Below, piece by piece: positions 1 to 25,872 of a stretch of DNA of 64,000 nucleotides. Each line of letters starts with the position of its first letter. The stretch's first letter is position 1. The DNA comes from the human T2T-CHM13v2.0 reference genome, Homo sapiens. A program made the translations under genes and the position numbers. The notes beneath the pieces are model-generated. The model ran no database searches. It saw nothing but the letters and a program-made list of their open reading frames with translations, and was not told the DNA's origin. The stretch lies in the NCBI RefSeq assembly GCF_009914755.1, contig NC_060931.1. One strand, 5' to 3'.

Positions 1-565
1 AGCTTGCCTGAGGAACAGAGGGTACTGGTCTGTCACCTTGTATGCCTGATAACTGTGTCTCTCAGGGCAAGTCACTAAATTGGCATTGTGGTTTTATTCA
101 TCCATTTCTTTGAACCTGGTTCATGCCAGGTCACCTCCAAGAGAGATGGAACCATTTCACTGTGCCCAGAAAATCAATGTCTGGTGCACAGCCAGCGCTC
201 AATAAATATCACCGGAATGAATGAAAATTAGATTTCTGAGTTTGCTGGGGAGGGCTGGGCTCAGACAGTAGCGGGTTCCCAAGGAAATGGTCGCCTTGCT
301 CGGGCTAGGCTGGGGGAGCAGCCGGCCCGTGCTGGGTTCTCTCTGATGGATCACAGTGAGCAACAGAAGCGTGGGTGGGTATCACCTTCAGCCTCCACTG
401 ACTGCTGTGGAATCCTGTTAATGCCACTGCCTAAATACCCCAGAACTGCCCTCTTCTCTCCATCCCTTTGCCCTAGAACTCTCTCTTGCCTAGATGGCCA
501 TAGCAGCTTCCTTCACTCTGAAGCCTGGTTGGGTTTCTTCTCTTTTCTCTCTTTCTCTCTCTCTT

Positions 566-1152
<587 letters not shown>

Positions 1153-1263
1153 CCAGGTGGGTTTTTATAAAGCTCAAACCAATCACCTTCCCTCCTGGCT
1201 CGAAGACCTCTCTGCCTCCCCATTAACCAAAGACAAACCTCAAACTCCTGAACATGGCACTGA

Positions 1264-2242
<979 letters not shown>

Positions 2243-3028
2243 CATGCTCTTCTTCTTGTCCCTCACCCCAATCCCCTCCCACTGCCCTGATAACTCTTTG
2301 TTGTCCTGAAAGAGGCCGAATTCGCCTTCTTAAGTGCTTCACTGTTGTCACTGAATGGCCAACTGCTGTTGACACTAGACTGGGAGCCCCTTGAGGGCAG
2401 GACCAGAAAGCCTAGCCCTGGGCTAAGGACATTGAGAGGTGAGTTAGTTAAAGTAACATTAGTTGCTGTAACAGATAAACCTCACAGGCTCTCTGGCCAA
2501 ACACAATAGAAGTAGAAGTATTTTTCTTTCTCGAATTAGAGGTGGGGTGCAGGTGTTTGGTTCGGGCTCCTGAGTCTCTGCCAATGTCACCAGCTGGCTC
2601 CAAGGGCACCATGGGCATCACTACCCACCTGATAATGTGTCAGAGATGGGAGGATGGACGGGGAGGTTTGCATGGACCAGGTCCTCTCATTCCACTGGTT
2701 GGAACTCAGTCATATGACCCTATGTGGCCACGCCCACCTGCAGGGGAGGTTGGGAGATGTTGTCCCTGGTTGAGCAGCACAAAAGGGAAGCACACATCTT
2801 AAGGGGACAGGAGTCCATGTTACATGTATGTGCACCTGAAACCCCACACTCTGATCCTGATATTGAGAAAGGGGCATTTGAAACATAGGGGCTTTCTTAT
2901 TTTGTATTCCAAAGCTGAACCCACTTGGGGGGATTTTGAGTCCAACCCCTTCTATGAGTCTGTTCTCTTTCCTGGACTGCCTGTGGGATGTCCGCTATGA
3001 CCCTATTTTGGGGAAGTTGCTGGAGGAC

Positions 3029-3357
3029 TCATATGGTTTGGCTCTGTGTCCCCACCCAAATCTCATTGGATTATAATCCCCACGTGGTGAGGGAGGGACC
3101 TGGTAGGAGGTGACTGGATCATGGGGGAGGTTTCCTTCATGCTGTTCTCATAATACTGAGGGAGCTCCCCCAAGATCTGATGGCTTAAAAGTGGCAGTTT
3201 CCCCTGCGCGCTCTTTCTCTCTGCTGCCTTGTGAAGAAGGTACTTGCTTCTCTTTTGCCTTCCATCATGATTTTAAGTTTCCTGAGGCCTCCCAGCCATG
3301 CAGAACTGTGAGTCAATTAAAACTCTTTCCTTTATAAATTACCCAGTCTCAGGTAGT

Positions 3358-3389
<32 letters not shown>

Positions 3390-3712
3390 TTTAACATAGT
3401 CTCCCTCTGTCACCCAGGCTGGAGGGCAGTGGTGCCATCTCGGCTCACTGCAACTTCTGCCTCCTGGGTTCAAGCGTTCTCCTGCCTCAGCTTCCTGAGT
3501 AGCTGGGATTACAGGCACATGCCACCACGCCCAGCTAATTTTTGTATTTTTAGTAGAGCTGGGGTTTCACCATATTGGCCAGGCTAGTCTTGAACTCCTG
3601 ACCTCAGGTGATTTGCCTGCCTCAGCCTCCCAAAGTGCTGGGATTACAGGTGTGAGCCACTGTGCCCGGCCTCAGGTAGTTCTTTATAGCAGTGTGAAAA
3701 TGGACTAAAACA
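3029..3712 (+). mobile_element. THE1/MST-family MaLR solo LTR (THE1D-like), interrupted by an Alu (~3357-3670, minus)
   Basis: Starts atatggtttggctctgtgtccccacccaaatctc and ends tggactaaaaca. The Alu is flanked by a ctcaggtagtt duplication. Confidence 0.85.
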
Positions 3713-4797
3713 AGGGCAGAGCTGGGTTCTTGGTCCACATTAAGCACGGTGGGATCTTACGGGGTGGGTATTCTGAGGAATTGGTTATTTCAAATTCAGG
3801 GCACACTAATGGGGTCATTCCTGGGGTGGCCTTGGCCCAGCCTCTGTGGATGCTTTTGGACCCATCTCTCAAGATGCTGGGCTCTGGAGGGTTCAGCCAG
3901 GAGCCTCACCTGCTCTGTGTCGGCACTGCTTACCTCATGCCCAGCTGGCCACAGTGGAGTCTGGAATGAGGTGGAGGGAAGAAAGGGAGTTAATCTGTCC
4001 TGAAGGCTTGGTGTGTGCCAGCTTCGTACATATATGGCCTCCTCAGAACCTCTCAAGAGACCAGAAAACAGGGTCTTCAAACAATGAGGTGATCTCTACA
4101 TTAACAAAGGAGTGGAGAAGGCTTCCTCTCACCCCCATTCCAAACCCTTTCTGCAAGAAATCTTCTGTTTACCCAAAGTACATAGAATACATTTGCTCAG
4201 ACATTTTTCAACACCCATGCCCCTTCCTGCTGTTTGTTTTTAGTTTGCAGATTGTATGAGTCAGATTTGCTGCAATAACAAACATCACACACATTTCAGT
4301 GGCTTGCCACAACAAACATTTATTTTCCCTCATGGTGTGAGCCTGTGGCTGTGGGCCAGCTCCATGTGTCTGATTCTGGAACCCAGGCAGAAGGAACTGC
4401 TTCCTCGTGGAACTCTCCTATTCTCAAAGCAGAGGGCAGAAGCGGTGGATGCAACTTTCCATTTGGACCTGGCATGCATCATGTCTGCTAATAGAAAATA
4501 ACATAGTGGATGCCCACCTGCCCACTCCTGGTCCTTCTCTTAAGAAAAGTAACCAAAAAGCAAAGAAGCCCTGGGCCCTGTGGATGTGAACATGTCCACA
4601 GAACACATTCCCTGCACCTTACTTTGGGGAACCACAGGCTTAAAACATAAACCTAGGTTTGCAATGTAGATCCTTCAAGGATTTTGCAAACTTCAGGTTT
4701 CAGACAAACAAACAAACAAAAAAGGGCATAACCAACTTGGAAAGAAAGGTTCTGAGAACTTGCTGGAAAGTGACCCCATCATACCACCCTATAAAGG

Positions 4798-5104
4798 TTT
4801 CTTTTTTTCTTTTCATTTTTTTTGAGACCGAGTCTCGCTCTGTCACCCAGGCTGGAGTGCAGTGGCACAATCTCGATCACTGCAACCTCCGCCTCCTGGA
4901 TTCAAGTGATTCTCCTGCTTCAGCCCCGAGAGTGGCTGGGACTACAGGCACGCGCCACCATGCCCAACTAAGTTTTATATTTTTAGTAGAGACAGCGTTT
5001 CACCATGTTGGCCAGGCTGGTCTCGAACTCTCGATCTCAGGTGATCTGCCCACTTCAGCCTCCCAAAATGCTGGGATTACAGGCATGAGCCACTGTGCCC
5101 GGCC
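4798..5104 (-). mobile_element. AluS
   Basis: Full-length Alu; TSD ctataaaggtttc / ctataaagatttc. Confidence 0.92.
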
Positions 5105-5479
5105 TATAAAGATTTCTTTTACCCCCTCCACATTAGATCCAGGGTATTGAGGCAGGGGTCCTGACTATCTCCTCTAGCTCCTCCAGCACCAGTGCTCACA
5201 GCTGCCTGCCTGCAGAGTTGAGGGAGGGGAGGGGAGACAGGGAAGGCGATAGCTCCTAGGGCCACACTGTGACTACTGAAATATGAGCTCAGGGGCCAAG
5301 GCAGTTTAGGGGAGGGGTTTCACTTCCTAAGAGGGTGTGCAGGTCTCTCTTTGGAAAGACTTCAGGGTGCTAATGAGGAGCCAGGAATTTCCTAATACTC
5401 TGGGGGTGTCTCTTCTCCTCCTCCTCTTGGGGTCCCCCTATTTTGCGAGGCAGAGGCTCCCTCAAGCCTGTGGTGCTCA

Positions 5480-6587
<1,108 letters not shown>

Positions 6588-6945
6588 TCGGGCTAATTTA
6601 CAAAGCATGTTCACCGCCACCGTCTCATTTGATCCTTTTTTTTTTTTTCTGAAGCATTTTTTTCTGTCCCCATCTTAAAGACTGCGAAACTGAGGCCCAG
6701 GGAGGCGAGTTGGAGCTAGATCTGCCTCATTTCAGATCTGTCTTGTCAGATAAACATATTTAAAACTAGCAAGTACAGAGAAAATGAATGTTGAGTAAAT
6801 AATTTTAAAGAATGTATCCTCTTATGTTCCAATGAGGGGGTTTTTAAAATTTGATTTTATTGTTGTAACAGAAGCTCTTATTTCCACGTCTTCTTAAAGG
6901 GACTTTACTATCCCATATGTTTAAAGCACAATTTAAAGAGAACAA

Positions 6946-7250
6946 GGCCAGGTGCTGTGGCTCATGCCTGTTATCCCAGCACTTTGGGAGGCAGGAGGAT
7001 TGCTTGAGCCCAGGAGTTTGAGACCAGCTTGGGCAACATAGTGGAGCCCTGTCTCTACAAAAGAAAAAATTAGCTGGGTGTGGTGGCGCGTGTCTGTAAT
7101 CCCAGTTACTCAGGAGGTTGAGGCAGGAGAATCACCTAACCCGGGAGGCAGAGGTTGCAGTGAGCCAAGATGGCGCCACTGCACTCCAGCCTGGGTGACA
7201 GAGGGAGAACCTGTCTGTGGAAAAAAAAAAAAGAGAGAGCGAGCGAGAGA
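6946..7250 (+). mobile_element. Alu (J/S-type)
   Basis: Alu consensus; TSD agagaacaa. Confidence 0.9.
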
Positions 7251-8061
7251 GAACAAATCAGTTTTGAATAATTATATAATTAAGTTACCACAGGGCACAG
7301 ACTTGTACCCTGACTTGTAGCTCATGCAGACACATCTTACCTGGTCCTTTGGTGGAGAAGGGGCAAGATGGCTGGCCCCAACAGGGAGTCGAGGCTGGGC
7401 TGGAACCACAGGAAGGATGGAGACACAGAGGGAAGGGTGCCTGAGACCCTCGCTGCTGTCTCTGTAGTTAAGCATTTACTCCAAGCCCAGCACGTTGGCT
7501 GCACCCAGGAGCAGCTGCGGGGGCTCTGGGTCAGGCTCACCGGACCCTCGTCTGCTGAGAGGAGCCTCCTGTCAACCCCAGCCCCCTGGATGGACCAACC
7601 AAGGGCAGACTGCCCCGGTCTCCAGGTTTCTTTTGCATGAAAAGCTGTGCTCAATAATCCTATCAAAGCTGTCAGCCGACCAAGCCCAGAGACCAGCTGT
7701 CTCAAGGAAACAGTAAACCAGATGAAGGATGCCTTTCTCCGATTCGGTTGACATGCTTTATGTGTGAGCACTCTTACGACAACAGCAGGTATATAAAAAG
7801 GCTCAGTTACAGTTTCTTGGAAATAATAAAATAACTCGGAGGGACTCGTATGCCAAGGAGCTTGAAGATGAATGCCTGGCCATAAAAGTGGGCTCTCTTC
7901 ATATTTCATAAAGCTGTGGTTCAGCTGTCTGGCAGGTTGAGGAATGAAAGGTGGGATTATTTTAGGAACGTTTTATGTTGCATCCAGAAGTATCCAGTTT
8001 ATTGTATAAACAGCACTCAGACTTGAATGAAGGCAACAAGCATGATCGTTTTCTCCCTTCA

Positions 8062-8606
<545 letters not shown>

Positions 8607-9142
8607 TCAACCAAAGGACGAGGCAAGAGGACTGTACATGAGACTGTCTGTACACTGTAGTCTTCATTATCTAGTTTAAAACGGATTCATTCTCTTTAAA
8701 TTGTGCTTTAAACATATGGAATAGTTAAGTCCCTTTAAGAAGACTTGAAAAGAAAAGCTTCTGTTACAAAAATAAAATCAGAATTAAAAAGAAAAACCCT
8801 CATTAGAACATAATAGGATCTATTCATTAACATTATTTACTCAACATTAATTTTCTCTGCACTTGCTGATTTTAAATATTTTTAAATATTTCATAAGACA
8901 GATCTGGAATTATTCATTTATTATGGTAACACCTCAGTGTTTAATGTATTTTCAATACTTTTCTAAAGTGAAGTCTCACTTTAGTGTCATTTTTTTCTTT
9001 TTCTTTCCTTTCTTTTCTATCTAAAATTAGAAGTTGGGTTAAAAGACGTGGAAATTCAGGGCCAGTGGGGAGGTGAAGCTCTCCTCAAAATGTTTTATTT
9101 TAGTTCCTTGAGTTGACTTTTTTTTTTTTCCAGTTTGATTCA

Positions 9143-9509
<367 letters not shown>

Positions 9510-9555
9510 GTATACAATTTGATCAGTTTTAACATATTTAGTAATTCATATAGAG

Positions 9556-10385
<830 letters not shown>

Positions 10386-10390
<5 letters not shown>

Positions 10391-10592
10391 AAGAAAGAAA
10401 GAGAGAGAGGGGGGAAGAAAGAAGGAAAGAAATAAAGAGAGAAAAGGAAGGAAGGAAAAAGAAAGAAGGAAAAAAAGGAAGGAAGGAGGGAGAGAAGGGA
10501 GGGAGGAAGGAAGGAAGGAAAGAAGGAAGAAAGGAAGGAAGGAAGGTAGGAAGGAAGTAAGGAAGGGAGGGAGGGAGAGAGGGAGGGAGGGA
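10386..10592 (+). repeat. Polypurine (GAAA/GGAA/GGGA)n tract
   Basis: About 200 nt of almost pure A/G extending the Alu tail. Confidence 0.95.
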
Positions 10593-10594
10593 GG

Positions 10595-11573
<979 letters not shown>

Positions 11574-12433
11574 TTTCTCAGCTGGCGGACAGCCTCTTGC
11601 CTCTCTGTGGGGATTCAAGATGTTGGCCCATCCTCCACTGTCCCCAGGTAGTCGATGACCTTGGTGGTCAGGATGGACTCTTAGGATCATGGGTGGGGGG
11701 GGGGTGTGTTTGGAGCTTTCTTGACCCCGGGAAAGCTGCAGGATGACACCTTGAATTTTCTCTGCAGTGCCACGGGAACTGGCAATTGCATTTAGCACTC
11801 GTTTGTCCTCTCTGCGTGCTAAGTGATTGGTGACACATGGAGGCACTGATTGTTTCCTAAGGGCTCTTTTACGAGATCTCCAATAAAGTTCTAAGCGGAT
11901 CATGCCTGTTTGGGGAAAGATAACACCAGTGTGAGGCCCAGGAGTTTCTCAGAAGAAATTCTAGCTGGATGAGCATTTAAGGAAGGAGATGAAGTCAGCG
12001 TTTGGAGACAATGAATTAGATGGCTGGATATGTCACCGCAATCATGAATAATAAATGAGCAGGAAGAGGCTATAATTCACAGAGTGGGAGAGGAGACTAG
12101 AAACTTGTAGTGCCTGGGGAAAGAGCATCTGAGACATGCCTTGGACTTGTGAAAAGAAACCTTCTTGAAGAAATGCTTTTCCGCAAAAATGCCTGTTATC
12201 GGGAAGAGTGTCCATGTTTCCGAGAGACAAAGGATTTATGGCTGTAACAGAAACTCTCTCCGTGCAACTCCACCCTCCTCTGTCCCTCCCTTTGCACCCT
12301 GCAAGATCTTGCCAGCCATAATTAGGGCTGTTTTGGGGACAGGCCATTGCCCCCCCTTCTCAAAGGGAGGTAGAAGGCAGGACTTGACTCCAGAGGTGGG
12401 GCTTGGACACTGGACCAAACTGAGGACTAGTTA

Positions 12434-12829
<396 letters not shown>

Positions 12830-12993
12830 TCAGTTTACCACTGCCATGGTAACACCTGGGCGTTTCTGCCCCTTTCCATGGCAATGACTCGACGACCCAA
12901 AAGTTACTACCCCTTCTCTAGAAACTTCTGCATAGGCCGGCGCAGTACACACCTGTAATCCCAGCACTTTGGGAGGTCAAAGCAGGTGGATCA

Positions 12994-13260
<267 letters not shown>

Positions 13261-13429
13261 CTATATGTAATTAAAAGTAGGTGTGAATGTGGCTGCAAAG
13301 CTGCCTTGAGCTACTGTTCTCTGCCTATGGGACAGTGCTGCTCCCAGGAGCAGTCATGGAGCTGTAACCCTGCAGCCTCAGTAAAGCTGTTTTCTTCTAC
13401 CCTACCACTGGCTTGCCCCTGAATTCTCC

Positions 13430-14205
<776 letters not shown>

Positions 14206-14662
14206 CTGGCCTTGAATTGTTTCCTGCGTGAAGCCAAGAATCCTCTCAGGCTGAGTCCCAACTTGGGGCTCGCCTGCCCTGCGTCCAAAGTGTGTCCTTC
14301 TAAACCTCATCAGGCCCTGTGATTCACAGGTGTAACAGGCCATTGCAAGGGGGAGAAGAGCTCTCAGCTGGAAAAAGGGTTTAATGAGTTTCACAAGCAT
14401 AGGGAGTCTGCTGTTTTTGTTAGGGTCCAAGGGTTGCCACCTCAGCATCTATTTAGAGCACCCCCTGGAAAAGACAAGAGTCAGCAATAAATGGGCCTTA
14501 GGTCTGTGGATCGATGCTGACGTTTAATCACTTATTCATGGTCTCCTGGGAAGCTGCGAGCAGCACAGCCTATGTGAGAAGGTGCCAAGGATGCCGTCTG
14601 CAAACTTGCCTGTCTCCTGGACCATTCCTACCCACAAAACAGTGTCTCCCTTTTTATCATGA

Positions 14663-15334
<672 letters not shown>

Positions 15335-15401
15335 TGACCTCTCTTCTGCATCCCTCCCTAAGTCTTTAAATGCTGCCTTGTCCTACATCTGGGTCCTCTA
15401 G

Positions 15402-15743
15402 AAGTCTCCAACCCCTAGGCCGTGGACTGGTACCAGTTCATGGCCTGTTAGGAACCAGGCTGCACAGCAGGAGGAAAACGGTGGGTGAGCAAGTGTTACC
15501 ACCTGAGCTCTGCCTCCTGTCAGATCAGCGGCAGCATGACATTCTCATAGAGCATGAACCTTATTGTGAACTGCACATAGAAGGGATCTAGATCACGTGC
15601 TTCTTATGAAAATCTAATGCCTGATGATCTGAAGTGGAACAGCTTCATCCTGAAACCATCACCCACCCTTGCCAAGCTGGCGTATGGAAAAATTGTCTTC
15701 CATAAAACCAGTCCCTGGTGCCAAGAAGGTTGGGGATCACTGC
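15402..15743. mobile_element. MER1B (hAT-Charlie) DNA transposon
   Basis: ctccaacccctaggccgtggactggtaccagttcatggcctgttaggaacc...ccagtccctggtgccaagaaggttggggatcactg. Confidence 0.85.
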
Positions 15744-16072
15744 TGTAGCTACTCTTCTTGGGGAAGGTCTCCTAGCACCCTGGATTTAAATACCATCCTA
15801 TGCTGAGACTCCAGGACACTTGGTATCCTCCACAGGACCCCAGCTCTCTGTGTGATCACACTGCCCCTGCCCCAGCCCAGCCACCCACAGGGACATGCCA
15901 CAGGATTGAGGGCAGGAAACTCCTGGAAGGCAGGAGCCTGGGTCCTGATCCTGGGTCAGTCACATGCTGAGGTCTTGGCAGGTCCTTTTCCTTGTGAGGC
16001 CTCAGTTTCCCCATTTATCCTTGGTTCATTTTTGAGTTCCAGGCTGCTATGCCAGTTAGGAACTCAACTAAA

Positions 16073-16390
16073 GGCCAGGCACGGTGGCTTAGGCCTGTAA
16101 TCCCAGCACTTTGGGAGGCTGAGGTGGGAAGATCGCTTGAGCCCAGGAGTTTGAGACAAGCGTGGGCAACATAGCAAGATACCATCTCTACAAAAAAATA
16201 AAAAATAAAAAAATTAGCCAGCCATGGTGGCATGCACCTGTAGTCCCAGCTACTCAGGAGGCTGAGGCAGGAGGATCACTTGAGCCCAGGAGTTCAAGGC
16301 TGCTGTGAGCCATGATTGTGCCACTGCACTCCAACCTGGGTGACAGAGCAAGACCCCATCTCTAAAATAATAATAACAATATTAATAATA
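16073..16390 (+). mobile_element. AluJ
   Basis: AluJ diagnostics; (TAA)n tail. Confidence 0.9.
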
Positions 16391-16439
16391 ATTCTCAAAA
16401 CTGTAGGCAGCTTTGTTTAAATGCAATAGTTAGAACCCC

Positions 16440-16700
16440 AGGGGAGTTTGTGTAGAGAAGTGTTGAATGGGGTGAGCTATGACACTAAACTGACCAGGTT
16501 TGAATCCTGGCTCTGGAACTTCTTAGTTGGGGCATTTTGAACCTGGTAATTAGGATATCTGTGCCTCAGTCCTGTCATCAACAAGAAGGGCAGGATTATG
16601 GCACCTCCCTTATGGAGTTGTCATAATGACCTGATGGCTTAATACATGTAGGGCTTGGAGCAGTGCCTAGCACTTGGAAAGCACTCAATAAGTGCTAGTC
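16440..16700 (+). mobile_element. MIR SINE
   Basis: ccaggtttgaatcctggctctg...tctgtgcctcagt...cagtgcctagcacttggaaagcactcaataagt. Confidence 0.75.
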
Positions 16701-16819
16701 ATTAGCATTAGCATTAGCATTATAATACTTATAGTAATTACTATTTTCCCTCCTGCTCCTTGTCCTGTGGTCTTTGTTTCTTTGAATGACACCAACATCA
16801 AGTGGTGTCACTAGGGTTG

Positions 16820-16990
16820 CCTGGTGAGAGCTGTTGTTAAACTTTCAGGAATTTTACCAGCTGGTGGATGTCACATTGGTAACTTGAAATAGGCTTTGGT
16901 GGGAGTATTTACACGTTAGGAATCGGCAGATGCTACAATCAGGTCCTTACACTAGAGAGCTGATTGTTGAACATTGACCAGCACACCCCT
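16820..16990. mobile_element. MER63-like hAT fragment
   Basis: Inverted ends gagagctgttgttaaac / gagagctgattgttgaacattgaccagcacacccctg. Confidence 0.5.
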
Positions 16991-17029
16991 GCCATCATTC
17001 AACCATCCTATTACCTACGCCAGAGATAA

Positions 17030-17743
<714 letters not shown>

Positions 17744-17859
17744 GGTTGTAACAGCTTTTGACTGATGCTAAACCCTGGGTGTTCACTATCTATGAACTCC
17801 ACTCACACCTCCGTACTCAGCCCTTTCCTCCCAGCTCCCTTCAGCTGGGCCCTCTGAGT

Positions 17860-18715
17860 GTGTGTTGTGTTTTTCACCAGGCTCCCACCTCGGCTAGGCT
17901 GCCAGGTGCAGATTTCACTGGTGCCTGCCCATATCCCCTGTGACTTACCTTCTCAGTGCACACCGGCCTGATATCCAGCTGCCAGCAGCCACATCACCTT
18001 GCCCTAGGGCTTTCTCTGAAGCTGTTCTACATCTAGGGCATTATCACCTCCTAGAAGTCGTCCTCAGTGACTTCCAGGAATTAGTGGATAAATTCATGAG
18101 CCTGCCCTCTTGGATGGGTAACTCTGAAGCACTTATGCCACATTCCAGAGAGTTCTGCAGTAGGCCATCCTTCATTGCCTACTGGGGTAACTGGCTTAAC
18201 AACACACTCTTTACTGGCCACCTTCCCTCCTGTATGACTTCGCTAGGGCTGCCATAGATTGAGTGGTTAAGCAGCAGCAATTTATTTTCTCACAGTTCTG
18301 CAGGCTGGATGTCCAGATCAAGGTGCCGTCAGGGTTGGTTCCTGGTGAGGGCTTGCTTTCCGGCTTGCAGATGGCCGCCTGCTAGCTGCATCCTCCCATG
18401 GCCGTTCCTCTGTGCTCTCGAGGAGGGAGAGAGAGAGATTCTGGTTTCTCTTCCTCTTATTATAAGGACATCAGACCTGTGAGATTAGGGACCTACCCTT
18501 ATAAGCTCATTTAACCTTAATGACCTTCTTAAACGCCCTGTCTCCAAATACAGTCTTATTGGCGGTTAGGGCTTCAATATATAAATTTCGACAGAGACAG
18601 TTTAGTCCAAAATACCTTCCTTGTTTCAGTGATTCCCCTGAAAATGCTTCCTGGGATCACCTCCCAGGAAACCTTTAGGACCCTGAACCTTTGTCTTGGA
18701 TCTGCTGTAAGACAA
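17860..18715. mobile_element. ERVL LTR16-like LTR containing an MLT1A-type LTR (~18240-18613, minus)
   Basis: MLT1 motifs aatttattttctcacagttctg...cttgcagatggccgcc; the flanks carry LTR16-like gcttcctgggatcacctccca. Confidence 0.6.
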
Positions 18716-19454
18716 TGCTTCTCAGACTGTCCTTTCTAGACTGCAGGCTCACTGACAACAGATAGGGGTCCTCCTACATGAGGGTCCTCCCACAAATGCT
18801 CCGCAATACGGGTGACAGGCCAGTGGGGTGTTCCCCAGCTCCTACCAAGGGCTCACAGTCTCGGGCAATCTCTATCCTCCCATCTTTCAGCCTCTGCTGC
18901 ATTCTGACCTCTTCATTAACCCCATCGGGGAGTTGTCCCCCCAAGGGCAGGGGAAGCCATCCAGGGGCTTTCATTATCCGGGTCTCAAATCTGGGGCCAG
19001 ATTCAGCCAATGGGTAGGGTACAAGAAGGCCTTCTACGTCCCATCCTGGAGGGCAGAGGTCTGGGCCGTGGCTGGAAGAAAGCCTGCTCTGGTGACCCCT
19101 CTCAGGCCCTGGCCCACCCCAGTCCTGCCCTTGACGACAAAAGAGGGTGTCCCTGTCTCTCAGGGGTCTAGGATCCTGGACACTGTGTCTGCTTTGAAGG
19201 GAAAGACGCCTCTGAGAGCGGTCTGTGGCTTCACATTTATTATTGATGCAGGCTTCAGCAGCCCTCTCTTGGGCATTTCCATTCTATATGTAAATTCCAA
19301 TCGGATTTCAGAGCAACAGTGGCCCAGCGCAGGCCTGTGTAAGCTGTGGCTGCTTAGACAAGGCTGGACCGAGGGGGAGACACGTTCCTACCTGACCCCA
19401 AAGGACCTTGCTGTTTGGATTTTGGAGACTCAAATTACAATGCATCTGTGCCCT

Positions 19455-20550
<1,096 letters not shown>

Positions 20551-21204
20551 CAAGTTCCATTGGCCATGCTGGGCTAGTGCCTGCAGCCTTGCTTGATTCA
20601 TATAGGTGAGCACCCAAAAGGTGGTTTTCAGCCTTCACGGAAAGGAAGGACTCCTTGGATCCTTGTTAAAAATGTAGCTACATGGAGTGGGTGGCTCGTG
20701 GCCTGGACTCCGAGTGCCTACAGCCTTCTCATCTCCATTCTGTCCTGCCTTCTGCTGTGCTCCTGGCCTCAAAGGCTGGTCCTTCCTGGGTCCCTAATGC
20801 TAGGCTGGCCCAAGGGTGGATCTGTCAGCCATCCTCAAACCCTAACTAGGGGAAGGGAATGGGAGTGGAAGTGGGGTTCTGTGCTGCTGCCCTTCTGCAG
20901 AGCCTGTGTGGTTCACAGGTGATACAGCCCTGGCACTGTGTCCAGAGCAGAGCACGTGTGTCCTGGGAGAATGGCCAGAGGGTTTACAGGGAATCAGTAT
21001 GTTAGACTGTTAGGGGCTAAACTGTGTCCCTTCAAAGCCCATCTGCTGAAGTCCCAACTGCCACAACCTCAGAACATGACTCCATTTGGAGATACAGTCT
21101 AAAAAAAAATGTAGCTACTTGGAGCCCACCCCTAGAGTTTCTCATTTCCTGGGTCTGCACTGGGCCCGGGAACTTTGATTCAAAAAACTTCCAAGGTGAT
21201 TTAA

Positions 21205-21490
21205 AAAACACTTTTTATTTTGAGTTCACTTGAAATATACAGAAAAGCTGTAAAAATGGTACAGAGAGTTCCCATGTCCCCCCTCACCCAGCTTCACCTC
21301 TAGCTGACATCAGACATAACCACTGTGTAATGATCAGACCCAGGAAATTAACACACTGCAATGCTGTTAACTAAAAGACAGATCGTATTTGCATTGCACG
21401 ATTTTCTATGCTAATGTTCATTTTCTGTTCCAGGATCTCACCCAGACCACATGCATTTGTGGTTATTTCTCTTGATTCCCTTCTAATCTG
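21205..21490 (-). mobile_element. Old L1 (L1MC-like) 3' fragment
   Basis: atacagaaaagctgtaaaaatggtacagagagttcccatgt...ctgttccaggatc, typical of antisense L1MC 3' ends. Confidence 0.6.
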
Positions 21491-21705
21491 AGGTCCTCAG
21501 GAGAATCTGATATGGTGTCTCAGGGATTTCACCCTGGGAGATGCTGAGGAACTGGGGCCCAGGATGGGCAAGGGCCGATGAGGAGAAGAGACAGAGGGAA
21601 GATGCAGGGAAGTAGCGTTTCAGAGCACAGGCTGCCGTGTGTGTGAGTGTGTGTGTTGGTGTGCATGCACGTCTCTGTGCACATGTGCGTGTGTCGTATG
21701 GGGGC

Positions 21706-22960
<1,255 letters not shown>

Positions 22961-23692
22961 GATTTCCCCAGTGCAGCCTCCCAGCCCACCACCCTGCACA
23001 ATCCTCAGCCTCAGTGGATGGGTGTCCCTGACAGTCGCAAGAGGGAAAAAAATAGGACTGTCAGTGTCTTTAATAATAGAAGAGATAAATCACTGTAATA
23101 AGACTGGAGACCATACAGGATGCAGATCAGCTTTGCAAATCACAGGCAGGAGCAGCAGCAGAACCTGGGGGGGTCCCCTCCTGGGGAGCAGGATGTTGAA
23201 GGCCCCATTGCAGCTCACCCAGCCAGCCACTATCAGCACGTCGTTCTCGAGATTCATGTACGCAATATTTGCTCCTCTGCCCCGTTAAACAAATCTGAAC
23301 CTGTTCTTGAGGGTAAGCCATAGAGGGACATAAGGACAGAAGTGGTGACATTTATTTGCCTCACAAACAAACGTGCCTCCTGTTTTGCAATGAGGCCATT
23401 TAGATATCTCTGGGCATGCATTTCATCACTGTCTGACTGCAAAAGTAATCTGTGTTTATCACAAAAGCTTTGGAAAATACAGAAAAGAACGAAGAGAAAA
23501 TTAAAAGTCCCTGTAATTTGGAGATGACTACTGTCAGCACTTCTATGCACATAAACATATTTTTTGAAAATGTGAATGAAAAAAACGTTTATCATATATA
23601 TTATGCATGTATCTGTGTATGTATTATGTATATGCGTAATATATGGATTTAGGGATACATATATTTGAGGAAAACATTAAAGAGAAGCAGAG

Positions 23693-24300
<608 letters not shown>

Positions 24301-24544
24301 TAGCAACAGCTGAGCCTGGGACCTTCCAATGTGAACACATTGGGGAGAGGAGGAGGAACCAGCAGAGACTGAGAAGTGGCCTCCAGGGAGCTAGGAGGAG
24401 AACCAGGGGAGAGGGTAGGGTCCTGGAGGCCAAGAGAAGAAGCACCCAGAAGAGGGATGTTGATGATGGGCTAGACACGATGAGAATGGAGAATCAATAC
24501 TGGACTCAGCAGCTTGGGGACCCTGGCCAGTGGAATGATGCCAT

Positions 24545-25545
<1,001 letters not shown>

Positions 25546-25560
25546 TTAAGAGGAGGGAGG

Positions 25561-25872
<312 letters not shown>

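Noticed and set aside
7788-7802. TATA-like gtatataaaaagg
   Set aside because: An isolated motif in AT-rich DNA with no supporting initiator, CpG or exon evidence.
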